Of a stretch of DNA of 64,000 nucleotides, positions 50,012 through 62,560 are shown piece after piece; the first letter of the stretch is position 1; every line of letters starts with the position of its first letter. The notes below the pieces were generated by a model that did no database searches, was not told the DNA's origin, and saw nothing but the letters and a program-made list of their open reading frames with translations. Origin of the DNA: Camelus dromedarius (taxonomy: Eukaryota); contig NC_087437.1 in assembly GCF_036321535.1 (NCBI RefSeq), forward strand, positions 119,290,001 to 119,354,000. The letters run 5' to 3'. Both the position numbers and the translations under genes were made by a program.

Positions 50012-51010
50012 TGTGTCCTGGGGCCACAGCAACAAATTACTGACAATCTGGGGCTTCAGACAACAGAAATTTGTTGTGCAACGCGGAGGCCAGAGGTCTG
50101 AGATCAAGGAGCCCGCGGGGCCGCGCTCCTGGGGAGAATGCACCTCCCTCTTCCAATTCCCGTGTGGCCGGCGTCCTTGGCGGTCCTCCGCCTGGAAAGG
50201 CATCACTCCGGTCTCCGTGTCCTCCGTGTCCTCTTCTGCCTCTTAGAAGGACAGGCTCCCTGGGTACAGGGCCCACCCCGAGCCAGGGGACCTCATCCTC
50301 TGTCCTCACCTTCATTGCGTCTGCAGAGAGCCGATTTCCGAAAGAGTTGTAGCCAGCGACGAGGTTCTTGTCTCATCGCAGAGAGAACTCAGAGGTGAGA
50401 CGTGGAGGTTAAGAAAGTAACGTGCGGATTTATTAAGGGATGGACAGTACACTCTCAGGGGAGAGCGGGCAGGCTCAGGAGAGCGGCTGCCCTGAGTTTC
50501 TTTGGCAAGTTGGTCACACAGGGTGTAAAAACGAGTAGGCAGAATATTCATCGGGGAGGGAAGGGTTCGGGGTCAGATTCCCTGATTTTCACCCCAGCTC
50601 CACCCTCCTGAGGGGAGGAGGGATGTGTGTCCTCATTTAGTCTGGATCGGAAGTGTCCTGGCACCAGTGCCTGACAGGTCCTTCTAACCTGCAAGGCTGA
50701 TTTCACTGACATGAGGGCATGAAGAGAAGGTTACATTTGGACACTGGAGGTTCCTGCCTTCTCCCACTTTTCTTTGTTATCCTCCAGGCCGCTTGTCACC
50801 CCCAAAGTTGTGACCACTTATCAGCGCAGAGGTTCCTATTGTTCTCTCTGCCCAGGGACCCCTGTTGTTTCCGTGATGGGGGGTTTCCTGCAGTCGGCCA
50901 GTGCCCCTCCTTTCTCTGCTCACACCTAGCTGTCGGCCTGCCCTTGCAGAGTCACGTTCCGAGGCTCTGAGTGGACACAGACTTGGGGGGAGGGGACACT
51001 GCTCAGTCAC
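50012..51010 (-). mobile_element. MaLR LTR (MLT1B/C-like) split by a younger ERV LTR
   Basis: MLT1 text stops at 'tgcagagagccgatttccgaaagagt' and resumes 'cacgttccgaggctctg...ggggacac'. Confidence 0.8.
50348..50948 (-). mobile_element. ERV solo LTR (601 bp, ERV1-type)
   Basis: TG...CA termini; perfect 4-bp TSD GAGT (50344-50347 / 50949-50952); minus-strand AATAAA at ~50430. Confidence 0.88.
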
Positions 51011-53900
51011 CCCGTCACCACCCTCGGTTGTCGCCTTCTCCTTCTAGGTCCCCCTACTTGCCCCTCTCCTCTTCAAACGCGGTGAGATATTCACAGGAGA
51101 CGGCTGCGCCCAAACGCTGCGTCTTTTGTTTCTCCCTAACTCACTCAGCAGGACCCCTCAAAGTCGTGCAGGCGACGCTGCATTATCTGGGATGGAAAAC
51201 TGTTCTCCACGGGCCACCAGTCAGCGAGACATTCCAGGCCGATCTTTCCATTTGGACTTTCTCATCTGTCTGTCTTTTATTTACACAAGGCCCAAACCAC
51301 CGAGCACCGCGTGGTAAACACTCATTCATTTACTCTGTAAGTGCTGGGCTCGGAATCCCAGGCGCCCCCCTCCCCTGGAAGAGCCTCGGCCAAGTGCTGG
51401 GACACTGGTGGACTTTCTTCACATACTTTGAGGTTTTTCTGAAAGGGTAGGTTTTTCCTAACATCACTTCCAATGTATTTCTTAACAAAACACCTCCTAA
51501 CCTTTGGAAAATAGAAAAGAAGTTACTCATCTGGAAGGAAGTTCCCAGTTTTAAGAGCTCACTTCCAAGCCCTCCAGCGTGACTGTGGCGGCCTGACGGT
51601 CCAGCCCCTCGGACGGCGCCTCCCGCCTCAGGGCTGAGTGTGCAGCGGAGATTTCTGCATCTCATTGTGCAGCTGTTCCAGGTTCAAATCCTGGCCACGA
51701 TCTTCCAGAGGGTCTTCTCTGTCTTGTGCAGTCTTTTCTTGGTCAGTGAGCTGTATAAAGGGGTCCAATTTAGAAGGAACCACTGCCCCATAAGAATTTT
51801 AAATACGTGATAATATTAAATTCAGATTCATTTCTAAGACCAAGCACATTTTTGAACATCAGTTCCTTATCTGGGAATGTCTTCCTCTCACTCTCGGAGC
51901 TGCTGAAAAAGGCCTTTCCCCGTCTGTGAGCTCCGTGGGAAAGGGACCCAGCCAGCCAGAGCCTTGATCACTGGAGTGAGGCCTGTTCCCGACGGGCTGG
52001 GCCCCGGAGCCGTCTTGAGCACCCTGGGAGGCAGGGCTGTGGGTCTGTCCAGGAGGAGGCTGGGGGAAGCGGGCCCCGGGGACCTGTCTTGCATGCGCTC
52101 GTCTTGGTGGTCCCCTAATGTGCCTGTAGGCTGACCCAAAACCATTCTAACAAGAATGTACGGAGCACCGCCTGCAGGCCAGGCCCTGCGCTGGGTGCCA
52201 GGAGGAGTGGGCTTAGCCACGGTCCCTCTTGGTCCCTCCTGCTGCATTGCCAACTGTCCATCAGGGGAAGAGACATCGGAGATAAAGGGGCCAAAACGTC
52301 AGAGGGAGGAGAGAGGGTGGCGGACCAGGAAGCCACAGGGAGGAATGAGTATTTGAGTGGCTGCTGATTGGGCCAGTATTTGTTTCCTTCTTGGCCCGAT
52401 CCTGACCTGGTGGCCCTGGTGTCCTTCCCGAGCACTCACCTCTCAGGCCGGGCCCCTGTGGTGATGTCTGACCTTGGCCTTTGACCTTAGGCTGGCTTGG
52501 ACCCTAGACCCAGTTCCTGCCACCCAGCTCTGCCTCCGTTTGTGCCCTGGTCCTGGGCTCTGCTCAGGGGCCCTCCCCGTCCCGTGATGGCCCTGGGCAT
52601 TGCCCTTCTATGGTCCGGAGCTTCTGGACCAGGGCCAGCCTTACCACCCCTGGGGGACCTCCTTGAAGCTGACCAGATGACCCCTGCCCTGGCTCCCTGC
52701 CTGTGGCATCCGTGTGCCCGTGATCCATGTGCTCCCAGCTGCCACAGTGTCACCTGCTTGTGCCAAATGTGACCAGCTACTAAGGCCCAGCAGGGCCCAC
52801 TCAACCTGACCGCTGGTGGGGACAGCAACTCGCCAGCTCCCAGGGGGCCTACCTCCCTCGCTGCCTGCCTGCCTGTCCTCAGACCACCAGTAGCAACGGG
52901 TCTGCATGTCCAGCGGGTCCCACGTGTGGACATGGACATTTCATAGCCCTTCCTGCACGAGGCCATCCCCTGGTGACTCCTGCAGTCCATCTTCATGAGG
53001 CGGGAGCAGGGACTCCAGGCTTAATGGAGAACCGGTCACGTGCCAGGGCCACCTCCATGGTGAAATGTCCCTGTTTGCAGACGAGGGCACAGCCCGGGTG
53101 CTTTCCAAGGCTGCTCAGAAAGCAGCAGTGACGCGGGGACAGAGCCAGATCCATGAGACCCAAGGATCACAGTAGGTTTTCTCCTCTTCTTCCTGGGGGG
53201 CCACTGGGTCCCAGTAGCTCTGCATCCTGCCCCCCGTAGCGGAGTGCCTGTTTGCTCCCAGCTGAAGCCACCCTCTTGTAAGGGAAACTTAATCTCAGAC
53301 ACAGAGGCTGGGGGCACAGAGGTGGGGCTCATGGGTGCCCCTGGTGGGGAGGATGGGGTGCAGATGGGGTGGAGGGGGACCCAGCGCCTCTGGCAGGCTC
53401 GCCAGAGCCAGTGTTTCCTCGTCACCGAGCTCCAGGTACCGCCTTCCAGGACTTAACAGTGCTGTTATCTGACCCACATACCTCCTGCTGAAACTGAAGT
53501 CGGCCTCCTGTGACTCGGCCCTGAGTGACTCCGAGGCCCTGACACATACCCTGTGGAGTCAGCCCCTTGTCCACAGGAGCGAGAAGTGACCCGGGGACAC
53601 GCTCCCTGGTGCTCCGCTTCAGCGCTCACTTCCAGAGAGGCATGGCCCCCAGGTGCCTCGCTGTCCTGGGCGGAAGAGTGGCTGGAAGGATGGCGGGCGG
53701 GCTGGGGCTGCGCCTGGTCTCTCTGAGCCCCAGGCCCTTCCCCTCCTCCCGTCCCTTGGAGGAACCAAGCATCCCGTGTCCCAGGGCCTTTGCAGGCTGT
53801 GCCTCTCCCTCTGGGTCCTGGCTTTCATCCAAGGGCCGTATTGTCAGGACTTAGTTATGAGGCCAGTACGTTGGATGTCAGTCTTCTCCATCACACTCCA

Positions 53901-54246
53901 TGTTCGATTTCTAGGGCTGCCACAACAAAGCATCACAAACCGGGGGGCTAAAAACCACGAAATGCATTCTCCCACAGCCCTAGGGCCAGAAGCCCCAGAT
54001 GGAGGGGTGGGCAGGGCCGCACCCCCTTCTGTGGTGGCCTGCAGCTGTCGTCCCCCAACCCCCACCTCTGCCATGACACGACCTCTCTCTGTGTGTCTAA
54101 CCCAACTTCCCTTCTGGGAGGACACCGGGTGTATCAGATTCAGGGTCCGCCCTAAACGAGGATAACCCTGTTGTAACTAAATTACACCTGCCAAGACTGG
54201 GTAGGGCCTGAACACATCTTTTTGGAGACACGATTTAACCCACAGC
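53901..54246 (-). mobile_element. MaLR solo LTR (MLT1B/C-like)
   Basis: 'ctagggctgccacaacaaagcatcacaaaccggggggctaaaaacc...taactaaattacacctgccaagac'. Confidence 0.8.
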
Positions 54247-54899
54247 TGACCTGAGGGCTTTCTGGGTTGGGGTTAGCCTTGCCCACGGCCGAGTCCCAAG
54301 GGGGCCCTGAGGGCAGGCGGGGACATCTGTGGGCTGAATGAATGGACAGGCAGGGCGGTGACTGCCAGCAGCTTGTGGATGAGAGGACGGACATCCCAGC
54401 GGAGCCCGATCTGGGTGGACGAGCTCTCTTCCTCTCCTTCCTTCTCCCTTGGGGTCTTCTCTGTACCAAGGTCGCCCCCTCCCCACTCCAACTATCCCTC
54501 TTCCTGTTTCCTGCCCCTCTTTGGGGCTGTTTGTCCAGTCGGGGCTGGATGTGCCCGTGAGAGCAGGGGCTGTGACAGTGCTTCCTCCTGGGCTCCGTGC
54601 TTGTCCCCTTCATCTTCCTGTGTCACCCTTGGAACAGCCGGCACTGACAGCTCCTGCAGTGTGATGCTGACCTGGCTCACTCCCTTGGAGGCCGGGCAGC
54701 CCCTCTGTGCCCTGTTGTTCCCACCTAGGGCCTGGAGAGGCCGGCTCGGGCAGTGATCTCGGGCACTTTCTTCTCCCCCCGGGTGGCTCTGAGCACATCT
54801 CTGACCTTGACTCCGTGTCAAGGAAACAAACAAGACCCCTCGTGCAGGGCGGCTACTGTCACCAACGTCTTGGCGAGCTTCTCGGATTCGTGATTACAC

Positions 54900-55263
54900 A
54901 CAGTCGGCTGGGGCTGCCCTACCAAATGCCACAGACCACAGGACTTAAACAATAGACGTTTGCTTTCTCACGGTTCTGGAGGCTGGGCATCCACCATCAA
55001 GGTCCAGCAGGACTGGTGTCCTGTGAGGAGCCTTCTTAGCTTGCAGACGGCTACCTTCTGGCTGTGTCCTCTGGTGGCAGAGGGAGTGAGGATGAGAGAG
55101 AGCGGGCTATGGTGTCTCCTGTGACAAGGGCACTAATCCCACCCGATCAGGGCCCCACCCCACGACCTCGTTAAACCTTAAGTGCTTCCTTGCTCCAGTG
55201 CAGCCACCCTCCTTAGGGCTTCAACCTAAGAATCGTGAGGGGACAAACATTCAGTCCACAACA
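54900..55263 (-). mobile_element. MaLR solo LTR (MLT1A-like)
   Basis: 'cttaaacaatagacgtttgctttctcacggttctggaggctggg...ggggacaaacattcagtccacaaca'. Confidence 0.88.
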
Positions 55264-56180
55264 TACACACCTCCTCATCCCTGGCGAAACACAAAAAGAA
55301 ACACCACTATGTGCTGCTGGCTGAGGCCCTGAGGGGCAGACGGACAGAGAGGGCAGAGTCTGGGTGGGGGCCCTGGACCCCTGGACGCCTGGATGCTGGG
55401 TGCTGGGTGTCCTGACACCTTCCCCACCAGCCCCGCTCAGGCGGCTGTGCTGAACCGCAGGGCCTCCCAGCCAAGATAAGAGCCTCAGGATGAGAACAGC
55501 TGTCTCTGAAAGCACACACCCTAGGCAGTACGAGAAACAGAACATGAGAGAATTTCCAAGTGAAAGGGAGGGAAAGTGTGCGAAGAAGCTGGGCAGGGTC
55601 GCGCAGGGCTGTGCAAGGCCGGGCAGGGCCAGCGCCGAGTGTGGGACGCTAGCAAGTCGCCCCTGCAGGACAATCACCCAGATGTGGCTGAGACAATGTG
55701 GCCAAACCCCCAGCACAGCTCCCTCGCACCAGGGGAGGGGAGAGGTGCTTTCCTAGTGGGGTGAAGGCGTTACAGTTCAGATCAAAGGGCGGGACCGTCC
55801 TAGGCACGGTGGTGGGTGGGGACAGAGAGAGAAGTGCACTGGGCTGTCCACAGGGGATGCCCTGGATGGGACTATCAGTCACCTCAGGAGACATTTCCCC
55901 AAGGCTGACCTCGGGCCCTGCAAACCCCTGAGCCTGGGAGGCCTGCAGCTTGGCCGTGTTCCTTTAGATTGATGACCCAAAAGGACGAGTGTACATGTCA
56001 CCTACAGGTGTCACGTGTATTGAGGGTCTCTCATTGTTCACCTCGAACAGCCTCTATGGGGTCTGGGGTGGGGCTTGTTGGGGGCAGAGCGGGGAGGTGG
56101 GCAGAGGGCAGGGGTGGTGGGAAGGGCCAGCGGGGGTCCAGTGAAAACTGAATGAGCCTCCACTTCTGACCAATGGGGTG

Positions 56181-56400
56181 TGTGAGTGTCCTAGGGGGCC
56201 ATGACTCAGTCCCACAGACGGGGCGCCTTGAAACACCTGAAACCGTTCTCTCACAGTCCTGGAGGCCAAATGTCTGAACCCAGAGGCAGCAGTGCTGGTT
56301 CCTTCTGGATAACCAGACGGGTCTCCTTCGCCTCTTCTAGGTTCTGGTGTAGCCGCCAACCCTTGTCGGCACATCGCTCCTGTCTCAGCCTTCATGGGGC
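56181..56400 (-). mobile_element. MLT1 LTR fragment
   Basis: 'tctctcacagtcctggaggccaaatgtctgaa...cctcttctaggttctggtgtagcc'. Confidence 0.7.
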
Positions 56401-57939
56401 TTTCCTGGGATTTGGAGTGGAAGTCCCACATCCTGAGATGCCTCAGCCCCAGCAAACCAGGACGGCTGGTCACTCCATCTTTAGGGCGGGCAGGGGTGAA
56501 ATCCCCTAGACTTGACCCCCTGGACAGGCCCCTCTGCCTCCAAGTAGGGGCACTGAGGCCACCACCAGGAATGTCACCCTGCCTGCCCCTTGCTGGCTCC
56601 TTCCCTCTGCCCCCCGGGGTGGCTTTGCCCAAAGTAGAGGGTGGGGCACCACAGTTGATGCTGGATGTCCTTTCAAAAGCAGCCTGGCTGGAGCAGAAGG
56701 CACCTCAGGCTCAGGACACCTGCTCCCTCGGCCGCCCTTTCTCCTGCACCTCCTCACCTCCTGAGTTTCTGGGCCCCTTCCTGCACCCCCTTTCCCGAAT
56801 GCTCTGAGGGTGAGTCAGACTGTGCTCACTGAGCTCCTGGAGGCCACGGCCCATCGAGCTGGTGCGGCGGGGCTTCTGGGCCCCCTCCACCAGTGCCCAC
56901 CCCCGGAGGAGGGGAGGGAGAGGGCGGGCGAGCTGTCACCCGGGCAGGGGCTGCGAAGGGGACCCGGGAAGCCCCCAAGAGCCCTCCGGAGGGTGACGGA
57001 GGCCACACGCCTCTGGGCTCCATTTCTCTCAAGAACCCTCTAAACACGGCCCATCTGAGACTCTGGAACAGCTTACTGTGCTGATTGAATCTGCTGCTTC
57101 CTGTTCTTAGCCTCTAAAATCCTGGAGGGGAGGGGCTGTCAGTGTTTTCTCTCTTCCTCTTAACAGCCTGACTCAGGTTAGCAGGAAAGGACTTCAGCAA
57201 TTTGCTTTTAACTCTGCGGGAAGACTCCCTCCCTGGGGAGTAAATAAAGGTGTTTTCCAGGGGCGCCTGCAGCCCATCACGGGTGCAGATGGAGACGGGT
57301 CTGGAATAGCCCCTGCTTCAGGCGTCGCCTACTCGGACTCCGTCATCAGGAGGATCCCGATGCGTCAGGCGGAGACGTGCACCTTAATCCCCATGAGATC
57401 CGTCTTCTCCATTATTTCAAATCCACACGCTGACGTTCATGATCGAACAGTCCTGGGGGGTCAAGTGTTGTGTTTCAGTCTGTCCTGAGAGGGACGATGC
57501 GACGTTGTGAAATGTTGGTGCTCACTGGGGACCAAGCTTGTCCCCTGCCCTCCACGTGGGGCCAGAGACTGAAGTCCCGAGGCCTGAGGTGCCCCACCGC
57601 ACACAGCCCGGCCTGAACCCGGGACACCCTTCTCATCCGAGTGCCCTTGTGCCAACACGCTGCCCTCCACTCTGGAGTCCTGGGGCCCTCAGAGGGGTGG
57701 ACTTCTGTTTCTGGGCTGGTGTTACCTCTCTGCGAGAACACTGATCATAAGATTGTTTGTTCAGCCCACGGTCATCCTGATCGTAGCACGTGGGCTCTTA
57801 CTACTAGATTCTAGAACTCAGGTGTGGTGCTCAGATGCTCAGCCCTCCTGGAAGGGGCCTCGGAGGGCACGCGGCCCAGTCTCCCTGGCTCTGTCGTCCT
57901 AACCCCCACACCTGGCAGATTGCTTTGGGGCATTCATAC

Positions 57940-58639
57940 TGTAAAGACAAATACAAATTAAAAATAATAAGAGGTCTAATTCTTTCTGTGAAAAATAAGG
58001 GAAGAGATTTCCCTCCCCTCTTTTCTTTGAGCACGTACTTTAGAAAACGTGTAAGCACCGTCCCCTGTCTTTGAAATGCATGTGTCCCCTTTTGAAGACT
58101 AGGTTAGCATTTCCAGGGCTCTGTGGCCCGAGAATGTCACTCTCAAGACCCTGGGAACATCTCTTTGCCGTGGAAACGTCGTGAGTGCTGTCACCCCGTC
58201 CCCCCCCCCCCGTCTCTGTGAGGTGGGTTGGGCCCTAACTCTGTGGGCTCCTTGTTCTACTTTGCAAAACTGCCTCCTGTGCTAAAGACAGAAGTTTCTT
58301 TTCCCTCTGGATGAAGCCGTTTAGCTAGTACAGAAGGCCGCCCCAGTCGCAGGCCGAGATGAGCAGGAGATGTGTGTGACCAGCGGTGCTGGCAAGTCCT
58401 CTGCCTGGGGACTGGTCATCGTTTGTCTTGCGAGCCTGACCTAGTGGGTGTGTCTGCTCGATCGCAGGGAAGGTGGGATCTCCGTGCCCGTGCAGTCTCG
58501 CGTCGGGCTGCCCGTGGCTCGCCTTGTCATCTGGTCTAATGTTCGTTCAGCAGTGAAAGAATCTTCTTTCTCCTCTGACTTTGTGGAGAGGTTCCCTGGG
58601 GTGGGAGCAGAACTCGTTTTTAATGAAATTCCCCCAATA
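57940..58639 (+). mobile_element. ERV1-class solo LTR (~700 bp; subfamily uncertain)
   Basis: Starts TGTAAAGAC...'gaaaaataagggaagagatttccctcccctc...tactttagaaaac' and ends 'aattcccccaata'; imperfect TSD atac/acac. Confidence 0.7.
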
Positions 58640-59266
58640 ACACTTTATCTACATTTAATGACACTAGAGGACGGATGTCTTAAAGCGCTTTCAAGTTCTA
58701 GAGCAGTTCCCACACGCGGTCTTGCTTGTTTTTCACAAAGTCGGGAGGCGTTACCACACTGCCAAGTTTGGAGGCACAAGTGCCCCCATTCTGTAGATTG
58801 GGAGGTGCAGGGAGATGCAGCGTTGCCCCTGGTAACCCCGCTGGTTGTTGGCAAAACTAGGGTGGACCAGGATGTCCGGCTCCTAGGCCAGGCTTTTCCC
58901 GCGAGTCTACGAAAAGGGGGCTGTGCAGGGTCGCCTGCCTTCCCAGTCTCCCATGCAGCTTTGCAGAGCAGAGGCCTGGGCCCCCAGCTTCAGCCCCAGC
59001 TGCTCTGGCCACCGGGCACCCGCGCAGGCAGACCTGCTTCTCCTCACCGTCCAACCCACCCTGGCTGGAAGCAGAGTGTCCAGCACACTCCCTGGCGCTT
59101 GGTGACCACGTGCTGGATCCCCACTTTCCATTCAACTCTGCTCAGAGGGCAATGGTCTCCGGGCTGGGACGGGAAGAGAGGGTGAGAAACAGTGTCCACC
59201 CTGCGATTTTATAATGTCAAGGTTTTGCAAAACCAAACACAGAAGAAAAAGACAGGGATGAAAAGG

Positions 59267-59368
59267 ATGTGTGTGTGTGTCTGTGTGTCTCTGTGTGTGT
59301 CTGTGTGTCTGCATGTCTGTGTGTGTTCCTGTGTATCTCTGTGTGTGTGTCAGTGTGTCTGCGTGTGC
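59267..59368. repeat. Long imperfect (TG/TC)n tract
   Basis: Read directly. Confidence 0.88.
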
Positions 59369-60521
59369 AGTGGGGGAGACAAGAATGGGGAGGGACCATG
59401 AAGAACAACCACACCAGAAACAAGGGTGCCCTGAGAACTCCCCAGAAGAGTCTGCAGGGCTGTCAGGTGGAAGGCGATGCGATTCCTTAGTCTAGTTGAA
59501 GGACCACGGCCGCGCTCCTGGTGGTGCCAGTGGAGGTCAAATTTGACTCCCCATCAGGAGGAATGTTTCAGCAGATCACTGCCCGGGGAGGGGCTGCTCC
59601 ACCCAGGGCCGCGTCCCTGGGTATTTACAAGGATTTGTCAGTGTCTTCAAGCTTCTGCACACCTGAAGGACCTGAGCCCCTGCGGACCCACCCTAACAGA
59701 CTGAGAAGTTTGGGGCACCTGAATTTCTAGTGAGCCTGTCCCCCTGATTCCGCAGCGTCGGAGAGCAGTCTGGACTGGGACAGAAGCTGGGCCAGATTGC
59801 TCAAGGTGACTTCCAAACCCAACATTTCTACAGCTTCATAAAGCTCCTCTCTAGTTCTCTGTCTTGACCGTGCATCACAGCCAGTGTTCCCTGGAAATAG
59901 CCCCTTAGTGAGAGGATGCCTCCCCGCCCCACCTCCAGCTCCGTCCTCACCGAGCAGAGCCGTCGCCAGACCCCACGCTGCTCCTCCCGAGTCCCCCAGT
60001 TCCCTCGTGCCCCATGTCACTTTGCACCGCAGCCTCCACACCCTGGAGGCTGCCCCCCACCCCAGGCCAGGCAGGGCAGGAGAGCACCGGGTCCCTGCCA
60101 GCCCCTCCCCGCCCGCTGGCCTGGCGCATGGTGGTCCCCGGGGCTGCTGATGGAGCAGGGGTCGGAAGAAAGCTGGGAGCAGTGCTGTCCTGCCATCCCT
60201 GCCCCAGACCACGGCTACGAGTATGTCTCCCTTGGGACATGATGGCCACATCCCAGGATAGCGCTGGGGGTGTATATATTTTGGCCTGTGGGGTCACGAC
60301 GGATGTGATTTTGTCTTGGAGTTGTTGGACCTCTGTGCTTAGGACCACGGAACTCAGAACCCGAGAGGAGAAGGGCTGTTTGGAGGTAACCTGATTCAAC
60401 CCCCTCCTCCTGCTGACGGTGGGGGCAGGCGGCGCCCAGCCCAGGCTCTGTCACCAACAGCAGAGAGCACAGCCCCCCCAACGGAGACACTGCTTGCAGG
60501 GTCAGGAGCTTACCCGCATCC

Positions 60522-60614
60522 CGTGTGTTCGTGCATGTGTGTGAGCGTGCCAGGGTGTGTCTGCAGTAAACCCGCACATGGAAGGCTAAGCGTGTGGACA
60601 TGTGAGCAAGTGTG

Positions 60615-60645
<31 letters not shown>
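60522..60645. repeat. TG-rich tract ending in a perfect (TG)n microsatellite
   Basis: Read directly; the perfect run is at ~60617-60645. Confidence 0.88.
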
Positions 60646-60647
<2 letters not shown>

Positions 60648-61199
60648 TTAGATCTAGAACTGCAGCCTGAGGGCCTCCCCTCGTCCCCCAGTTTCTGGTC
60701 ACCACGTTGACAGGGTGCTGGACTTTCTCCCCAGAGGCGTGGACCTGAGGGCTCTTTGCTGGATGGACCTGTGGCCAGACTCACCTGGACACGGTGCCCT
60801 GGAGGGACAGCCCTCTCCCTCTGGTTAGCGCGTGGTTACTTCTCCTCAAGTAGACCGTTTACATGGAAAAGTCAAAAGTGGAAAATCCCTGTGGCCGTCA
60901 TGCAGAAAAACATGCGTGAGCACCAGGAGGGGAACCCCTCCCTGTGGATGGAAAAGAAACAACACGCACGCTTACCCTTCCCGTGCCTGACCGGGGGCGG
61001 TGGCGCGGAGCTAGAAGCAGACAGACAATCTGGGGGCTTTTTTTTAATTGTATGAGTTTTGATATAAGGAGAAAGCCCTGCGACAACGTCTTACGGACAA
61101 TTCCAAGTTAGCGTGACGTGTGCAGCGGGCAGGAAGTCCTGACTTCGCTCCTCTTCCTTGGGGTCTGTGGCGGGTGTCCTCCGGGCCGGCCCCGGGGCC

Positions 61200-61350
61200 A
61201 GCCAGGGAGCGGGCTGTGAAGCCGGGTTTGGAGCAGAGTCCTCCTCGCTAGCCGTGTGGCCTCTCGGACCCGCAGCTTCTTTATGTGTATGAGGCAGGTA
61301 AGGGACCTACTTCAGAGGGTGGGTCTGAAGATGAGAAAGAAGGTGCACAA
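61200..61350 (+). mobile_element. MIR remnant
   Basis: 'ctagccgtgtggcctctcggacccgcagcttctttatgtgtatgagg...acctacttcagagggtgggtctgaagatgaga'. Confidence 0.55.
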
Positions 61351-61452
61351 GGTCAATTTCAAGTTTTTAAATATAATATTGTCCTTGATCCCACCTTCGT
61401 GTTTTCTAGAAGCGTTCGTACGTGATTGTAGCCAAAGTTCTAAGAGATGATA

Positions 61453-62560
61453 CAGTCGAATATTATAATACAGATTCAGCTCCCACTTGTAAATGCTCAG
61501 GTTTACCTTCATCATAACACCTTTCCTGTTTTTCTGTGCTGATTACATTTTATTTTCTTGAATATTATACTATAGCTTTAAAAGTTTGTCTTTTCTTGTT
61601 GAAACTCTTTTCCACGCCTCCGTGACAGCAGTAGAGTTCGTGAGCCGAGCCCTGAAGGGTGCTGCTGTCTCGGGAGACTCACGCTGAGCCCCTCAACTGC
61701 GGGATTATTTCCAGCTCCTTTTGTTTGGTCTTCTTGTCCCGGCACCTGCCACGTAGGCACTAACCACGCAAGTGTAGCAGTTACAAACTCAGCGCTTAAT
61801 CTCCTGGGGGTGGAAGACGCACCCGTGTGGCAGCCCCACAGCAGGGCTCCAGGCAGACCTGTTCTGTATCTCGGACACGAGGGAATCACACTTCTGGACC
61901 AAGGCGGGTCTTTGTGGCCCTGTTTGAAAGTTTTCTCAGCAGGACTAAAGAGACCCTCATCTAATGCTACTAACTGTGCCTCATCAAATGTCAAAGATTG
62001 TACCAGGCGATAAAAGACAGCTCAACAGAGGAACGAGAAGGCTTCATCAACAGGCATGTCTTCGCTATGAAATTTAAAATCCCGTTTCACACCGTGTGAC
62101 AGCTCCTGAAACACACCACGACCCAGCCATCAGTCTGCAGCCCCTCACTGTGTTTCCTTTCAGTCCTGCGGCCTGTTCTGGGCTGAGCCCACAACTGCAG
62201 ACTTGCCGTCCTTTTGGAGGCGGCGCGGCGCCAGGCGCGGCTTTGACTTCGCGTCGGGAGGTATCGTTTCCTCGCTGCCCAAAGTCTTCACGGTCGGCAC
62301 GCCGGGGTGGGGTCACGTCCAGGGGCTCTGCCACAACCTCCCCTCCCCTCCTCCCGCGAAGGCTCACTTCCACGCTCTGCCGCTTTAAATTCTGGCCAAT
62401 GACAGACATCTCTGAGACGGCAGCTCCGTGGTCCCCAGACCAGGCTCGGGAAGAGATCGCCGGGCTGCAGGGACGTTGTCTCTGGCTTTTGATCTGGCCT
62501 GTCCAATTGTGTGAAGGACGCTTTTCTGAATCTGATGAGCCGCTTTGATGCCATGTTGTT
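61453..62560 (-). pseudogene. Decayed Tigger/pogo (CENP-B/JRK/TIGD-like) transposase relic
   Basis: Frameshifted minus-strand peptides in the expected order: MASKR (ATG 62554); TDGW..CFRS../HGVKRDFKFHSEDMPVDEA (~62134-62040); RLVQSLTFDEAQLVALDEGLFSPAEKTF (~62009-61926). Left end TA-CAGTCGAA at 61451-61460 resembles a Tigger terminus. Confidence 0.65.

Noticed and set aside
58448..59185. 245-aa ORF
   Set aside because: It starts inside an LTR and runs into GC-rich unique DNA; no protein-like signal.
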